In this document: one piece after another, positions 33,101 through 41,999 of the stretch
Position numbering within the stretch: the first letter of the stretch is position 1
Layout of the letters: each line of letters starts with the position of its first letter
Source: Coleofasciculus chthonoplastes F2-STO-03
Lineage (GTDB): Bacteria > Cyanobacteriota > Cyanobacteriia > Cyanobacteriales > Coleofasciculaceae
Direction of reading: 5' to 3'
DNA length: 64,000 bases
Assembly (NCBI GenBank): GCA_040222015.1
Contig: JAVJWO010000022.1
Span: 1-64,000, forward strand
Notes under the pieces: model-generated
The model's input: the letters and a program-made list of their open reading frames with translations, nothing else
Database searches by the model: none
Told to the model about the DNA's origin: nothing
Position numbers and translations under genes: made by a program

Positions 33101-33125
33101 TCCCTGTTTAATATCCTCGCTATGA
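27162..33125 (+). CDS. Hybrid Ser/Thr kinase - AAA ATPase - GAF - PAS - histidine kinase
   Basis: HKDINPSN/DFG/SPEQTGR; GDSGVGKS; LDDLQWAD; GAF YLENN; ASHDLQEPLR; GTGIGLA. Confidence 0.93.
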   Translation: MIILPGYQILSKIYESSNSIVYRGIRQVDTQPVILKLLQPDYPTSEELSRYKTEYEITHNWQLASVIRADDLLAYQNRLVIIFEDIGGESLNVLLNTIKFSLSDILDIAIKITEGLGQIHADNTIHKDINPSNIIFNPVTGQLKIIDFGIAVRVSSENHSLKQSPSVEGTLAYLSPEQTGRMDCPLDYRTDFYSLGVTLYELLTHHLPFDKDEPMELIYCHLAQQPLPPHVTLQSNIVEEEDKEDGEDKEDGDVDSKLSQGGFGTNVTINSEQKVPQSIPTNLVPDEPSVGSILHTHHFLNHQLVCPKAISNIVMKLLEKMPQKRYQSAVGLKADLEYCLDQLKTTGKIQEFPLGCHDLGIILQIPPKLYGREREIQALLAAFFRIACYPKGQGARNTQKGLSEIMLITGDSGVGKSALIPQIRPSIIQKNSYFITGKFDQFQRNIPYSALVNAFSKLIRKILTEPEAQLRQWEKRLVKALGRNGQIIIQVIPDVELIIGTQPEVPELGLAESQNRFHLVFQAFMRVFCQPEHPLVIFLDDLQWADAATLKLLEFILTDDPIHHLFLIGAYRDNEVEPNHSLMISFDKICSLGVSLNQIILNPLNREHVIELISETLHRDAQAVTDLAELIVRKTAGNPFFIKEFIKTLAQENLIFFSYSTNKGLGQWTWDIDRIEETAITDNVVELMIGKLKKLPESTQQVLSLAACIGNHFQLDLLAKIYGKIPKETWDDLSTAIKLGLIEPQAKNSKTYFHLIQYYKFSHDRVQQAVDALMDKATKETVHWHIGRLLLAQLSPYQKYERIFDIVDHLNWKAYAITTTHERLELTRLNLAAAKKAKSATAYTAARDYLNYGLLTLSETSWTDQYSLTLKLHNELAEVEYLNGDFESSQHLIHQSLIQAKSVVEQAELYNLLIVQHTMLANYKEAIQVGRKALKKIGIDFPDTNVKSGLTSELSDLKRNLGNRHIASLIDLPDMTDTVIKAAVNLLLSLDPPTYFFDQDSYAWVTVKLVNLSLQYGNAPESAKGYSNYGLLLGSLWGDYQSGYAFGLLSCQLSKTFNHPIYISRTHQFLATFLNSWVKPIQCAESINHEAYQAGMEAGDFQYVGYILNNQFYNAFNQGSSLTDVLTQADTFLHFSRKTQNQWVTDMILACKLPVWNLCGRTEAKEVFDTDEMSEANYLATCHTYQTFGGLCTFYSIKAWVLYLYNQPETALNCIKSAEKYLPFIRGLFTQAEHNFYRSLILTALYPQAAESQQADYWQTLSIAQAQMKGWVDNCPENFRHNYVLINAEMARISGQTEKAMDFYDQAIDLARTNGFIHHEALGNELAAKFWLSKGKVKFAQLYMQKARHGYQHWGAKRKVEDLEKTYPGLFTDALTSVNIKDTLTNSHTDSVSGSHLAAVLDLTTIIKTFQALSSEIALDKLLISLMKILIENAGATQGALLLDWEGQLRIEATCRGDLDSIAVLQSIPLETSQDIPIAIIHYVSRTQDILVLNDATSEDRFITDAYIQQNQPKSIVCAPLLNQGQLIGLFYLENNLAIAAFTPARVELLNLISAQAAISIKNARLWQKQAELNHSLKAEIAERQRTDAALRKSEGLYRTLTQNFPNGSVLLFDRELRFLLAEGEGVRAGGFEPEQLKGKTITEVLSPDVCKIIEPLYQSALAGETRVSEITFADRTHQVYTLPVKNERGEIFAGMVMSQDITLQKQAEHILQNARSELERQVEERTQALTTMNTILQTEIAERREAEAKLKELTQELQRSNQELEQFAYIASHDLQEPLRAVASYTQLLQQDYLDQLDESAQDYMAFIIDGATRMRQLIQALLMYSRLGTRPPEGKPTDCNAILRQVTENLQIAIAESQATITYDALPTVQADPTQLIQLFQNLIGNAIKFCRDRPPLIQIEAQLIENAWLFQVKDNGIGIKPKYLDRIFVIFKRLHTRREFSGTGIGLAVCKKIVERHGGRIWVESQPGVGSTFFLTLPCLISSL

Positions 33126-33568
33126 GCAGTCATTATAGATTGAGACCCATTGAAATTTTACTGATTGAAGATTCCCCCAGTGACGCGAATCTGATCCAGA
33201 TCAGCTTTAAGCAAGCTAAAATTCCTAACACCCTGCGTTGGGTGGAAGATGGGGAAACAGCCCTAGAGTACTTACTCCATCAGGGGGATTATACGAACAG
33301 TCCCCGTCCGGATTTGATTGTGTTGGATCTGAATTTACCGGGAATGGATGGTCAAGAAGTATTAACCTCGATTAAATCAGACCCCACGCTTAAACGGATT
33401 CCAGTGATCGTTCTCACAACTTCAGAGGATGAAGAGGATATACTCAAGTCTTATGAACTTAATGCCAATTGCTATATTACCAAACCTATTGATATTCAAC
33501 AGTTTATGGGAATGGTTCAACTATTGAAAGAATTTTGGTTAGCGGCGGTTCAATTGCCCTCGGAGTGA
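33122..33568 (+). CDS. Single-domain response regulator (Rcp1-like)
   Basis: IEDSPSD, LDLNLP, LTTS and ANCYITKP motifs; overlaps the kinase stop. Confidence 0.92.
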   Translation: MSSHYRLRPIEILLIEDSPSDANLIQISFKQAKIPNTLRWVEDGETALEYLLHQGDYTNSPRPDLIVLDLNLPGMDGQEVLTSIKSDPTLKRIPVIVLTTSEDEEDILKSYELNANCYITKPIDIQQFMGMVQLLKEFWLAAVQLPSE

Positions 33569-33578
33569 TACCAGTCCT

Positions 33579-34346
33579 ATGGACAAACAACTAATTCATG
33601 TCCTATTAGTGGAGGATAGCCCTAGTGATGCTCGCTTGCAGCGTCATCGATTTTCACGTTTAGACCCAACCGAATGGCAACTTCATCATGTTGAACGACT
33701 CGCTGATGCGATTGAGAGTTGTACGAATTTCCCCATTGATGTGGTGTTGTTAGACCTGAATCTTCCGGATGCTGATGGCTTAGAAACGGTGACTGAATTC
33801 CGAGAGGCGATTCCCCATCTTCCTATTGTTGTGTTAACGGGAAATAATGACGAAGAATTAGCCTTAGGAGCAATGGCTCATGGGGCGCAAGATTATTTAC
33901 TTAAGGATGATATTACAATTCCCTTATTAGTGAAAACGATTCGCTATGCGATTGAACGGGGACAAATTCTCAAAAAACTCCAGGATAGTGAACGACGTTT
34001 CCGGGCAATTTTCAATCAAACCTTTCAATCCATGATGTTGCTGACTCCAGCAGGACTTATTGTGGATATCAATGAAACGGCATTAAATGCGAGTGGCTAT
34101 AAATTAGATGATTTACTCGGTTTGCCTGTATGGAAACTGGAGTGTTGGAATCACTGCCAATCTATACAGGAGTGGTTGAAAGCGGCGATTAAAACGGCGG
34201 CTAACGGTGATTTGGTTCGCCAAGACGTTCAGTTTCGGAAACGGGAAAATGTGATAATTTGTATAGATTTTTCCCTTAAACCGTTAAAAGATGAGGAAGG
34301 AAAGGTTATTTTACTTATTGCTGAAGGACGAGATATTCATGAATAA
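33579..34346 (+). CDS. Receiver + PAS domain protein
   Basis: REC (VEDS, LDLNLPD, GAQDYL.K) followed by a PAS/PAC ending AEGRDI. Confidence 0.88.
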   Translation: MDKQLIHVLLVEDSPSDARLQRHRFSRLDPTEWQLHHVERLADAIESCTNFPIDVVLLDLNLPDADGLETVTEFREAIPHLPIVVLTGNNDEELALGAMAHGAQDYLLKDDITIPLLVKTIRYAIERGQILKKLQDSERRFRAIFNQTFQSMMLLTPAGLIVDINETALNASGYKLDDLLGLPVWKLECWNHCQSIQEWLKAAIKTAANGDLVRQDVQFRKRENVIICIDFSLKPLKDEEGKVILLIAEGRDIHE

Positions 34347-34409
34347 GGCTGTTCGTCGTCAGCACTTTATTGCTGGGAAATATAGCATTTTGAGGCACTA
34401 AAGTGCCTA

Positions 34410-35609
34410 CTACGAACCGATAAAATTAAGCAAGGCGTGGGCGAGTTCCAGTTTGCTGCACGGTTGAACCGACTCCTGGCGTCCCTGTTTATCGATGAAA
34501 ATGGCTTGATTGGTGTCGCTGGCAAATCCTACATTAGGCTGGTCAATGGGATTCGCCGCGATCGCGTCTAAGTTCTTGGCGTTTAATTTTTCTAACGCAG
34601 GCTTGACAATATCGCCAGTTTGTGCTGCAAATCCGATTAGCCGTTGATGGGCTTGTTTGCGCTGTCCTAACTCTGCCAAAATATCCGGTACAGGTTCTAA
34701 AGCTAAGGCAGTGGGAAGCTGGGCTTTGGGTAATTTCTCTGAGGCGTGATCGGCAGGTTTGACATCGGCGACGGCGGCTGCCATGATTACCAGATCGGCT
34801 GCGGAGAAATAAGATAACATGACCTGACGCATTTCAGCAGCGCTGACGACTGAAATTGCCTGAATATCCGGGGGGATGGGTTCAGTTAAGGGCGCATGAA
34901 CTAATACAACTCGTGCGCCGCGATGCTTGGCGGCTTGTGCCAATGCCAATCCCATCTTACCCGTAGAGGGATTGCCAATAAAGCGCACAGGGTCTAAATG
35001 TTCTCTGGTGCCACCGGTACTAATTAACACCTGTTTGCCGACTAAATCCCGCTTACCGCCTGTGTATAACACTGAATAAATAGCAGTAAGAATCTCTGAG
35101 GGTTCTGCCAAGCGCCCTGCACCCACGCGATCGCACGCCAATCGTCCCGCACCGGGTCCTACTGTATGATATCTGGAATCGCTCAACAGGTTTTGCCAAT
35201 TCCGTTGTACCGCCTGCTGTTCCCACATATCCGTGTTCATCGCTGGGGCAAGGAGTACGGGACAATGGGAGGCGAGAACGGTATTGGTTAATAAATTATC
35301 CGCTAAACCGTGAGCTAATTTACCCAACGTGTTAGCAGTAAGTGGGGCAATGACGAATAGATCTGCCCATTCGCCCAAGTCAATATGAACGGGGCGATGG
35401 TGAATCGGTTGCCAAAATACGCGATCGGTATACGCCGGATGGCGCGAGAGGGTGGAAATAGTCAGGGGGGTGATAAATTCTTGAGCCGCTTGGGTGAGAA
35501 TCACTCGAACTTGCACCCCAGCCTGAAACAGGGTGGAAATAACCTGACACACTTTATAGGCGGCGATACCACCGCCTATACCTATCAATACTTGCCGCGA
35601 CTCATTCAC
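34410..35609 (-). CDS. coaBC: Bifunctional phosphopantothenoylcysteine decarboxylase/ligase
   Basis: [29 protein letters not shown] and GFAAQT motifs. Confidence 0.97.
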   Translation of the reverse strand: MNESRQVLIGIGGGIAAYKVCQVISTLFQAGVQVRVILTQAAQEFITPLTISTLSRHPAYTDRVFWQPIHHRPVHIDLGEWADLFVIAPLTANTLGKLAHGLADNLLTNTVLASHCPVLLAPAMNTDMWEQQAVQRNWQNLLSDSRYHTVGPGAGRLACDRVGAGRLAEPSEILTAIYSVLYTGGKRDLVGKQVLISTGGTREHLDPVRFIGNPSTGKMGLALAQAAKHRGARVVLVHAPLTEPIPPDIQAISVVSAAEMRQVMLSYFSAADLVIMAAAVADVKPADHASEKLPKAQLPTALALEPVPDILAELGQRKQAHQRLIGFAAQTGDIVKPALEKLNAKNLDAIAANPIDQPNVGFASDTNQAIFIDKQGRQESVQPCSKLELAHALLNFIGS

Positions 35610-35818
35610 GCTTCATCATACGCTTCCAGGTCTAACAAGTAGAGGTAGGGTTCTGCTAACTCCGGACGTTGGAAGGCTAGCGCCCGCAGCACATGCCAGT
35701 CATCTAGTCCCGCAAACGCATTTTCATATTCGTCCTGTTCTAAACGTCCTGCTAATTCAGCAACATCCTGTTCCGTGAAAGCCGACAAATCACGCTGGGA
35801 CATGGTTAACGTTGCCAT
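35606..35818 (-). CDS. isiD: DUF2555 / IsiD-like small protein
   Basis: LA.RLE.D.Y..AF.GL.DWH.LRA.AFQ motif; overlaps the coaBC start. Confidence 0.75.
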   Translation of the reverse strand: MATLTMSQRDLSAFTEQDVAELAGRLEQDEYENAFAGLDDWHVLRALAFQRPELAEPYLYLLDLEAYDEA

Positions 35819-36022
35819 TGCTCACGCCTCTCTTGAATCGGATTGATGTACTCTGCGGAGAGTGCTATTACTGCCGCGTTTCTATTATCGCCATTCAAGC
35901 ACAGAACTGGGGACTTTTTTGGTTAAGGTTCTGGTAAGATTCTTCAGTTTGAGTCATGAATCCTTAACCATGAATTAACCCTAGAGAAATAAACATCTCC
36001 AGGGTCAATTTTGGTCTTGCGA

Positions 36023-36096
36023 TCGGAGCGGCGGGATTTGAACCCACGACCCCCACTACCCCAAAGTGGTGCGCTACCAAGCTGCGCTACGCCCCG
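36023..36096 (-). tRNA. tRNA-Pro(GGG)
   Basis: Reverse complement CGGGGCGTAGCGCAGCTTGGTAGCGCACCACTTTGGGGTAGTGGGGGTCGTGGGTTCAAATCCCGCCGCTCCGA folds as a cloverleaf with anticodon GGG. Confidence 0.97.
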
Positions 36097-36291
36097 TGAA
36101 ACCTTTCCTAGATTATCATAAGATTCATCATTTTAACAACTTTCCCAAAACACGTTCTGACATCAGGGTTTGAGGTGCAAGTTTGAGGAGAGGGCGACCC
36201 GATCCCATTGAGTGGACTGGTGTTGTTAATTTAAGCAAGCGGGTCGCCCCTACAGGTGTTTTTTCCATTCATAGCAACGTCTGGAACCTTC

Positions 36292-36663
36292 TCAAAATAC
36301 TTTAAAAGACTGAGTCGCTTGCAGCAAACCGGGAACGGCTGTGGCTTGCCAACTTCCCTCACAACGACGTTCCTGGTTCAAAATCAAGCGTAGTGTATAG
36401 GCAGACGGATAACCTTCGACTTCCATCCAGAGCAAGTCACTTTCGGCTTCACAGGTGATTTTCTCCTCATCGACCAACTCATCAGCGATGTCTTCAATAG
36501 CTTGAGCAAGCTGTGCTAACAATCGGCAAAAATCGTCTAACTCCGCCTGAGTCAGCTCGATTGCCCACTCATCAGTACCCACTAACCCCTGATAATGAGT
36601 TGCCTGAGGATTCCAACCTAGACGCCAACCTGAGCCACTTTTGACAATTCGTTCCGTGGTCAT
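36292..36663 (-). CDS. DUF1818 family protein
   Basis: GWRLGW, GLVG...WAIELT..E and EG.W motifs. Confidence 0.8.
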   Translation of the reverse strand: MTTERIVKSGSGWRLGWNPQATHYQGLVGTDEWAIELTQAELDDFCRLLAQLAQAIEDIADELVDEEKITCEAESDLLWMEVEGYPSAYTLRLILNQERRCEGSWQATAVPGLLQATQSFKVF

Positions 36664-36716
36664 TGGTCATTGGTCAGAGTTTGAGGAACATTTATTAACT
36701 TAACCTCATTTGAATT

Positions 36717-37865
36717 CTAAGATTGCTGTTCTAACCAATCTCGGATTACCCTCTTAGCGGTATGATGAGATACCCCAACCAACATGGCTAAGGCTTCTAC
36801 CAAAAGGGCAAAGGTTTCATCTAGCATTCGGGAAATTGTTTCGGCGCCAAAGAAGCCCAAAAACTGATTCAGAATTTGCTGGACTCGTTGTGCAGGTGTT
36901 GAATGACTGGTTATTTGTCTAGTTAACTGCACCCATTGGCGGCGAATTAAATAAGCTCGTTTGCGCTCATCGGCTGATTCCGGAGTAAGCAACTGCAACT
37001 CTCCCACAGGTATCATGAGCCGACAATCCTGATCAAATATCCCCCCAACGGCAGCGCCAGGGCCAGCAAATTCGGCATGATAACGTTTCCAGAGAATTAC
37101 ACCATTTCGACGACGCGGATCAACGATTAATAACTGATTATTTAACCAAAAATTTTTTCCAGGCATTGTTACTATTAGCGACTTTTTGGGTGATTGTGGT
37201 GGATTAGCTGAACCCGATATTTCTGTACTTGGAGTTTCCGAGTCCGGGGATAAATTAGGCGAAGAATTTACGAGCAAGGAATGATGCCTTAGCAAATCTC
37301 GGATGATCATCTGAATGGTATGAGGCAATACCCCAACTAACAGCGCAAAGGCTTTGACAAACAGGGCAAGGGTTTCGTCTGGCATTTGGGCAATGGTTTC
37401 GGCGTTAAAAACTTCCCTAAAGTAACTCAAAATATTCTGGGCGCGTCTGGCTGGTGTTGGGTAACCCGTGATGTGTCTCGTCAGTTGCGCCCACTGGCAG
37501 CGAATTAAATAAGCTCGTTGTCGCTCCTGGGCTGATGCTGGAGTGAGCAGCTTTAAATCACCCACAAGTATTATTTTCCGACAATCCTGATCCAATATGC
37601 CCCCAAAAGCAGCGCCAGGGCCAGCAAATTCGGCATGATAACGTTTCCAGAGAATTACACCATTTCGACGACGCGAATCAACCACTAATAACTGATTATT
37701 GAAGCCAAATTCTTCAATTATTAATGATTTGGGAGGTTTGGGTGGATTACCTGAACCCGATGTTTGTGTACTGATAGTTTCCGATTCCGGGGATAAATTA
37801 GGCGAAGAATTTACTATCCAGGAAGGATTGGAACTCTCCCGAACTGGATTGGGGGAATGGTTCAT
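36717..37865 (-). CDS. Hypothetical protein with two copies of the YHAEFAGPGAA domain (possibly degenerate Crp-like)
   Basis: Internal duplication visible at protein and DNA level. Confidence 0.7.
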   Translation of the reverse strand: MNHSPNPVRESSNPSWIVNSSPNLSPESETISTQTSGSGNPPKPPKSLIIEEFGFNNQLLVVDSRRRNGVILWKRYHAEFAGPGAAFGGILDQDCRKIILVGDLKLLTPASAQERQRAYLIRCQWAQLTRHITGYPTPARRAQNILSYFREVFNAETIAQMPDETLALFVKAFALLVGVLPHTIQMIIRDLLRHHSLLVNSSPNLSPDSETPSTEISGSANPPQSPKKSLIVTMPGKNFWLNNQLLIVDPRRRNGVILWKRYHAEFAGPGAAVGGIFDQDCRLMIPVGELQLLTPESADERKRAYLIRRQWVQLTRQITSHSTPAQRVQQILNQFLGFFGAETISRMLDETFALLVEALAMLVGVSHHTAKRVIRDWLEQQS

Positions 37866-37982
37866 GGTTACTCTGTCATGAGTTTACTAATGTTTTAACT
37901 CAGACAGTAAGTTCGTATCACTTGTGCTTGATTAGGATGAGTCCAATATTCACAAAACGTAATATCCTCATTTGGAGCATTA

Positions 37983-38588
37983 TTAGTTCCTTGGCGAATC
38001 TCGAATCATCTGAATTGTATAAGGAAATACACCCACCAACAGGGCAAAGGCTTCGTCTGGTATTTTGGCAATGGTTTCGGCGTCAAAAAATCCCTCAAAC
38101 TGACTCAGAATCTTCTGAGCACGTTTGGCTGATGTTGGATGATTGGTTATTTGTATCGTCAGTTGCGCCCACTGGCGGCGAATTAAACAAGCTCGTTTTC
38201 GCTCATCGGCTGATTCTGGAGTGAGCAACTTCATATCCCCCACAGGTATCACTTGCCGACAATCATGATCAAATATTCCACCGACGGCGGCACCCGGTCC
38301 AGCAAACTCGGCGTGATAACGTTTATAGATAATTAAACCATTCCGACGACGCGGATCAACAATTGATAACTGATTATTTAACCCACATTTTTCAGTCATT
38401 GATAATTTTGGCTTTTCGGATGGGATACCTAAAGCCGATGTCATTGATGATTTGGATGGTTCAGGCGAGACACCTGAATCTAATGTCTCTGTGCTTAGCT
38501 TGTCCGACTCCGGGGATAATTTAGGCGAATGATTCACTATCAAAAAATGATTGGAACTCTCCAGACCGAGATTGTTGGGCTGGTTCAT
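37983..38588 (-). CDS. Hypothetical protein with one YHAEFAGPGAA domain (possibly degenerate Crp-like)
   Basis: Paralog of both halves of the downstream gene. Confidence 0.7.
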   Translation of the reverse strand: MNQPNNLGLESSNHFLIVNHSPKLSPESDKLSTETLDSGVSPEPSKSSMTSALGIPSEKPKLSMTEKCGLNNQLSIVDPRRRNGLIIYKRYHAEFAGPGAAVGGIFDHDCRQVIPVGDMKLLTPESADERKRACLIRRQWAQLTIQITNHPTSAKRAQKILSQFEGFFDAETIAKIPDEAFALLVGVFPYTIQMIRDSPRN

Positions 38589-38609
38589 TGTTACTAGGGC
38601 AGGGGTTTA

Positions 38610-39200
38610 CTCCTGTTTTAACGCAATCGCCGTTGTACTTATCCGACAAACTCCTAATCGCTGCCAATTGAGCTAGGATTGCATCCTCAGTATCATAGTC
38701 CAGCAATTCTGGTGCTGCTGCTGAGGAAACGGTTTCAGGCAAGTGAATTCGTTCTCACTCAATGGTACACTGAGAGTGCTTCTGCTAAGAGGACGGGTTC
38801 AACATAACCCAATTCCTGGCGGATGCGGGTAGAATCGACCACCCAATGCTGTTCTAAATTGTAGGGCAAACTCCAACTGTCTAGCATCAGGGATGGCGAC
38901 GCAATTACGACTTCACCCTTCCATCCAGCCACTTGTCCAATGCATCGAATCCGTTCTGCTTCCGTTGGAAATTGTGCCTCTGCTATATTGTAAACCTGAC
39001 CAGTCGCTCGGTCATCGGTAATGGCAAGTGCGATCGCAGCAGCTACATTCTCCACATATCCTTCTCCACATATCCTCATACGCCGCGCCACTGGGCTATG
39101 CCGTTGAATGTACTCATCAGGGTTCTAGCATCCTGTTCAGTATAGGCGATCGCATCCAGAACCACTTGAGGTCAAATCTGCTCAAACTCGGCTTGTATTA
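38610..39200 (-). pseudogene. NAD-dependent epimerase/dehydratase pseudogene
   Basis: Fragments PQVVLDAIAYTEQDA, GYVENVAAAIALA, VYNI, DSTRIRQELGY and LDYDTEDAIL; in-frame stops, a 14-bp duplication and a missing middle. Confidence 0.75.
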
Positions 39201-39281
39201 ATTAACGAAGTATCAATGTCAATCTGATATTTACCTTGTTTTAAAACTATTTTCCCGATCAAAACGCTCAATCCTTAAAAA

Positions 39282-39394
39282 CTGTTCCCTGTTCCCTGTT
39301 CCCTGTTCCCTGTTCCCTGTTCCCTGTTCCCTGTTCCCTGTTCCCTGTTCCCTGTTCCCTGTTCCCTGTTCCCTGTTCCCTGTTCCCTGTTCCC
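39282..39394. repeat. STRR heptamer (CCCTGTT), about 16 units
   Basis: Perfect tandem; shorter copy near 7824-7853. Confidence 0.95.
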
Positions 39395-39440
39395 TAAGGT
39401 AAATTAATAGTGATATTACCAAATAACCGATAACCACACT

Positions 39441-40721
39441 ATGCAACTGCTGTGCATCAGCAACGGTCACGGAGAAGATGTCATTGCTATCCGAATTCTA
39501 CAGGAACTCAACGCTAGCCCAGATGCGCCGGAATTAGCCGCATTGCCGTTAGTGGGTGAAGGTGCAGCCTATCGACAATTGGATATTCCGATTGTTGGAC
39601 CGGTGCAAACCATGCCCTCTGGTGGTTTTATCTATATGGAAGGGCGTCACCTGCTGCGGGATTTGCAGAGTGGTTTGTTGAAATTGACATGGGCGCAATT
39701 GAAAGCGGTTCGCCGTTGGGCGAAACGCGGCGGGGTTATTTTAGCGGTGGGAGATATTGTCCCGCTTTTGTTTGCGTGGTTAAGTGGCGCCCCTTACGCT
39801 TTTGTCGGGACAGCTAAATCGGAGTATTATCTGCGGGATGAAGCGGGATGGTTACCGAATCGTCAGCGTCGGGAAGGATGGTCCGGTTCGGTGTATTTGC
39901 CGTGGGAACGTTGGTTGATGAGTCGCAAGCGATGCAAGGCGGTGTTTCCTAGAGATAAACTGACAACAGAAATTTTGCAAAAATGGTCAATTCCAGCATT
40001 GGATTTAGGGAACCCGATGATGGATGGGATTGAACCGGAACAGCCAGAACCGATATTCTATGAACCCGACGCCGAACAAAAAGAAATGCAGCGTCCTTTG
40101 GTGGTTGCATTATTACCGGGTTCGAGAATGCCAGAAGCCTACCAGAATTGGCAGAAAATCGCCCTAGCCGCAAATGGGTTATTGGATGCTTATAAACAAC
40201 GATCAGTGGTGTTTCTCGGCGCGATCGCACCCGCTTTAAGTCTTGACCCCTTACAAGAAACGTTGATAGGGTATGGCTGGCGTCAGCAGCCTCTGGAAGC
40301 CATCGACGTGAATTTGAAGTTGAATGACCCGAGTGCGATCGCGTTAACCAACCAGAATGGCACTTTGATATTAACCCAAGATGACTATACCCTTTGTCTG
40401 CTCAAAGCCGACTGCTGCATTGCCATGGCAGGAACCGCAACCGAACAATTTGTCGGATTAGGAAAACCTGCGATCGCGATTCCGGGAACGGGACCTCAAT
40501 ACACGCCGGCTTTTGCCGAAGCGCAAACCCGACTATTAGGACCATCCTTAATATTAGTCGAACAACCCGAGCGAGTCGCCCAAGTCCTTCAGCAGTTGTT
40601 ACGAGATCCAGATCGCTTGCAACTGATTGCCGAAAATGGACACCGGCGTATGGGTCAATCTGGTTCAGCGCGGCGCATTGCCGATTGTTTGATGGAACGA
40701 TTTGGGGTCTTCCGTACTTAG
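39441..40721 (+). CDS. Lipid-A-disaccharide-synthase-related GT-B protein
   Basis: SNGHGED, MPSGGF, GNPMMD, LLPGSR and MAGTATEQ..GLGKP motifs. Confidence 0.85.
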   Translation: MQLLCISNGHGEDVIAIRILQELNASPDAPELAALPLVGEGAAYRQLDIPIVGPVQTMPSGGFIYMEGRHLLRDLQSGLLKLTWAQLKAVRRWAKRGGVILAVGDIVPLLFAWLSGAPYAFVGTAKSEYYLRDEAGWLPNRQRREGWSGSVYLPWERWLMSRKRCKAVFPRDKLTTEILQKWSIPALDLGNPMMDGIEPEQPEPIFYEPDAEQKEMQRPLVVALLPGSRMPEAYQNWQKIALAANGLLDAYKQRSVVFLGAIAPALSLDPLQETLIGYGWRQQPLEAIDVNLKLNDPSAIALTNQNGTLILTQDDYTLCLLKADCCIAMAGTATEQFVGLGKPAIAIPGTGPQYTPAFAEAQTRLLGPSLILVEQPERVAQVLQQLLRDPDRLQLIAENGHRRMGQSGSARRIADCLMERFGVFRT

Positions 40722-40881
40722 TGTGCTAAATTGTTAGTTTGATTAGTCCGAACATTGAACAGTAATAGCTTTAGGAATGGGTGGCGAGCAAGATGCTCGC
40801 AGCGAGCAAGATGCTCGCACTACTACAATGATTTGGCAATTCTTGACATTATGGTTTAAATGCCGAACAGCTTAAGCCGCC

Positions 40882-41796
40882 CTAATCTGCTTTCATTCGC
40901 TTACGTTTTGCCGCCAAGAAACCACCCAAGCCAAATAGCCCTAATAATGTGGTAGGTTCCGGTACAGATGCAATCTCAGATTCGCCACCCAATTCTCCCG
41001 GTGGAGCTGTAGGCGGTTCTTCAGCAACAGGGGGTTCAGGTTCAGCAGAGGGGTTCTCGTTACCAGGAGATCCAGGTTCAGTTTCAGGAGAGGATTTTTC
41101 GGCAACAGGTGGTTCGGCTTCAGAATCAACAGGTAACAAAGCGATCGGTTCGGGTATAGAGTTGATTGGAGTGATTGAATAGTCGAAAGATACTAAACCA
41201 GGCTCTGTAGAACCGTCATCAACCAGAGACATTGCTGTTTGGGTAAAACCGCCACTTACCGTTAGATTAACGCTGGAAGGGAAAAGGATAGAGGCAGTAG
41301 CATTACCGTCAAATAAGACATGACAGGTATTTTCTAAACAGCCTGCGATATCACCATAATTATAGTTACCTGCCACAATTTCATTATCCCGTAAAAAGAC
41401 ATCAAAGCCTGAGAGTAAGTTGTTCTCGGAATCTAGAATAGAACCCTGAACGTCAATATCATCAATCAATGGTAAAACGGTGCTAGGTAGGATTGCCTCT
41501 AAATAGTCCTCAACATGACTAAGACCCAAGGTTAGCTCTTCATCTTCTGCATCAGATAACCGACCATGAGCATTATTGACAATAATTGTACTATCGAAAT
41601 CTACCTGTTGTGGAGCAAGTAGCGCTTGAAATTCGGATGGTAAAAATGACGACACAAGGGGACTAACGTCTACGTCAAACGCAACAGCTCCAGAGGAGTC
41701 AATTTGTGTCAAGTTGGCTGCCTCAGCCGGAGCCATACCTACTATGCCGAGAGCCATAAATCCGGCTCCAGCAATTGCTATGGATAACTTGTTCAT
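40882..41796 (-). CDS. PEP-CTERM sorting-domain protein
   Basis: Signal peptide; C-terminal VPEPTTLLGL + TM + KRKR. Confidence 0.9.
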   Translation of the reverse strand: MNKLSIAIAGAGFMALGIVGMAPAEAANLTQIDSSGAVAFDVDVSPLVSSFLPSEFQALLAPQQVDFDSTIIVNNAHGRLSDAEDEELTLGLSHVEDYLEAILPSTVLPLIDDIDVQGSILDSENNLLSGFDVFLRDNEIVAGNYNYGDIAGCLENTCHVLFDGNATASILFPSSVNLTVSGGFTQTAMSLVDDGSTEPGLVSFDYSITPINSIPEPIALLPVDSEAEPPVAEKSSPETEPGSPGNENPSAEPEPPVAEEPPTAPPGELGGESEIASVPEPTTLLGLFGLGGFLAAKRKRMKAD

Positions 41797-41867
41797 GTCG
41801 ATTTTTCTATCTCCTAGCTAGATGTACGTGTTCATCTTTACTCTATGGGATGCCAGAACTGATTTAG

Positions 41868-41906
41868 GCAAAGTAACTGTGAAGCTTATGTAAAGTGTTG
41901 ATGAAT
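41868..41906 (-). promoter_or_regulatory. 11-bp-period direct-repeat array upstream of PEP-CTERM gene 1
   Basis: GCAAAG 41868, GTGAAG 41879, GTAAAG 41890, ATGAAT 41901 (+ strand). Confidence 0.55.
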
Positions 41907-41999
41907 ATTTGGGCTGGTTTCATAGGGGTTAATGTGAGTATAAAAAAAGAGCTAGATAGCTCTCTTAAATTTCATCTCATTTCTCTGATGAAAAATTTA

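Noticed and set aside
35921..35981. Pho-box-like CTTAACC repeats near isiD/tRNA-Pro
   Set aside because: Only two phased units per strand; too weak without conservation data
36023..36096. tRNA-anchored genomic island
   Set aside because: No integrase or duplicated tRNA 3' end seen; core genes lie on the 3' side
39231..39470. 79-aa ORF with REQGTGN repeats
   Set aside because: Translation of the CCCTGTT heptamer array
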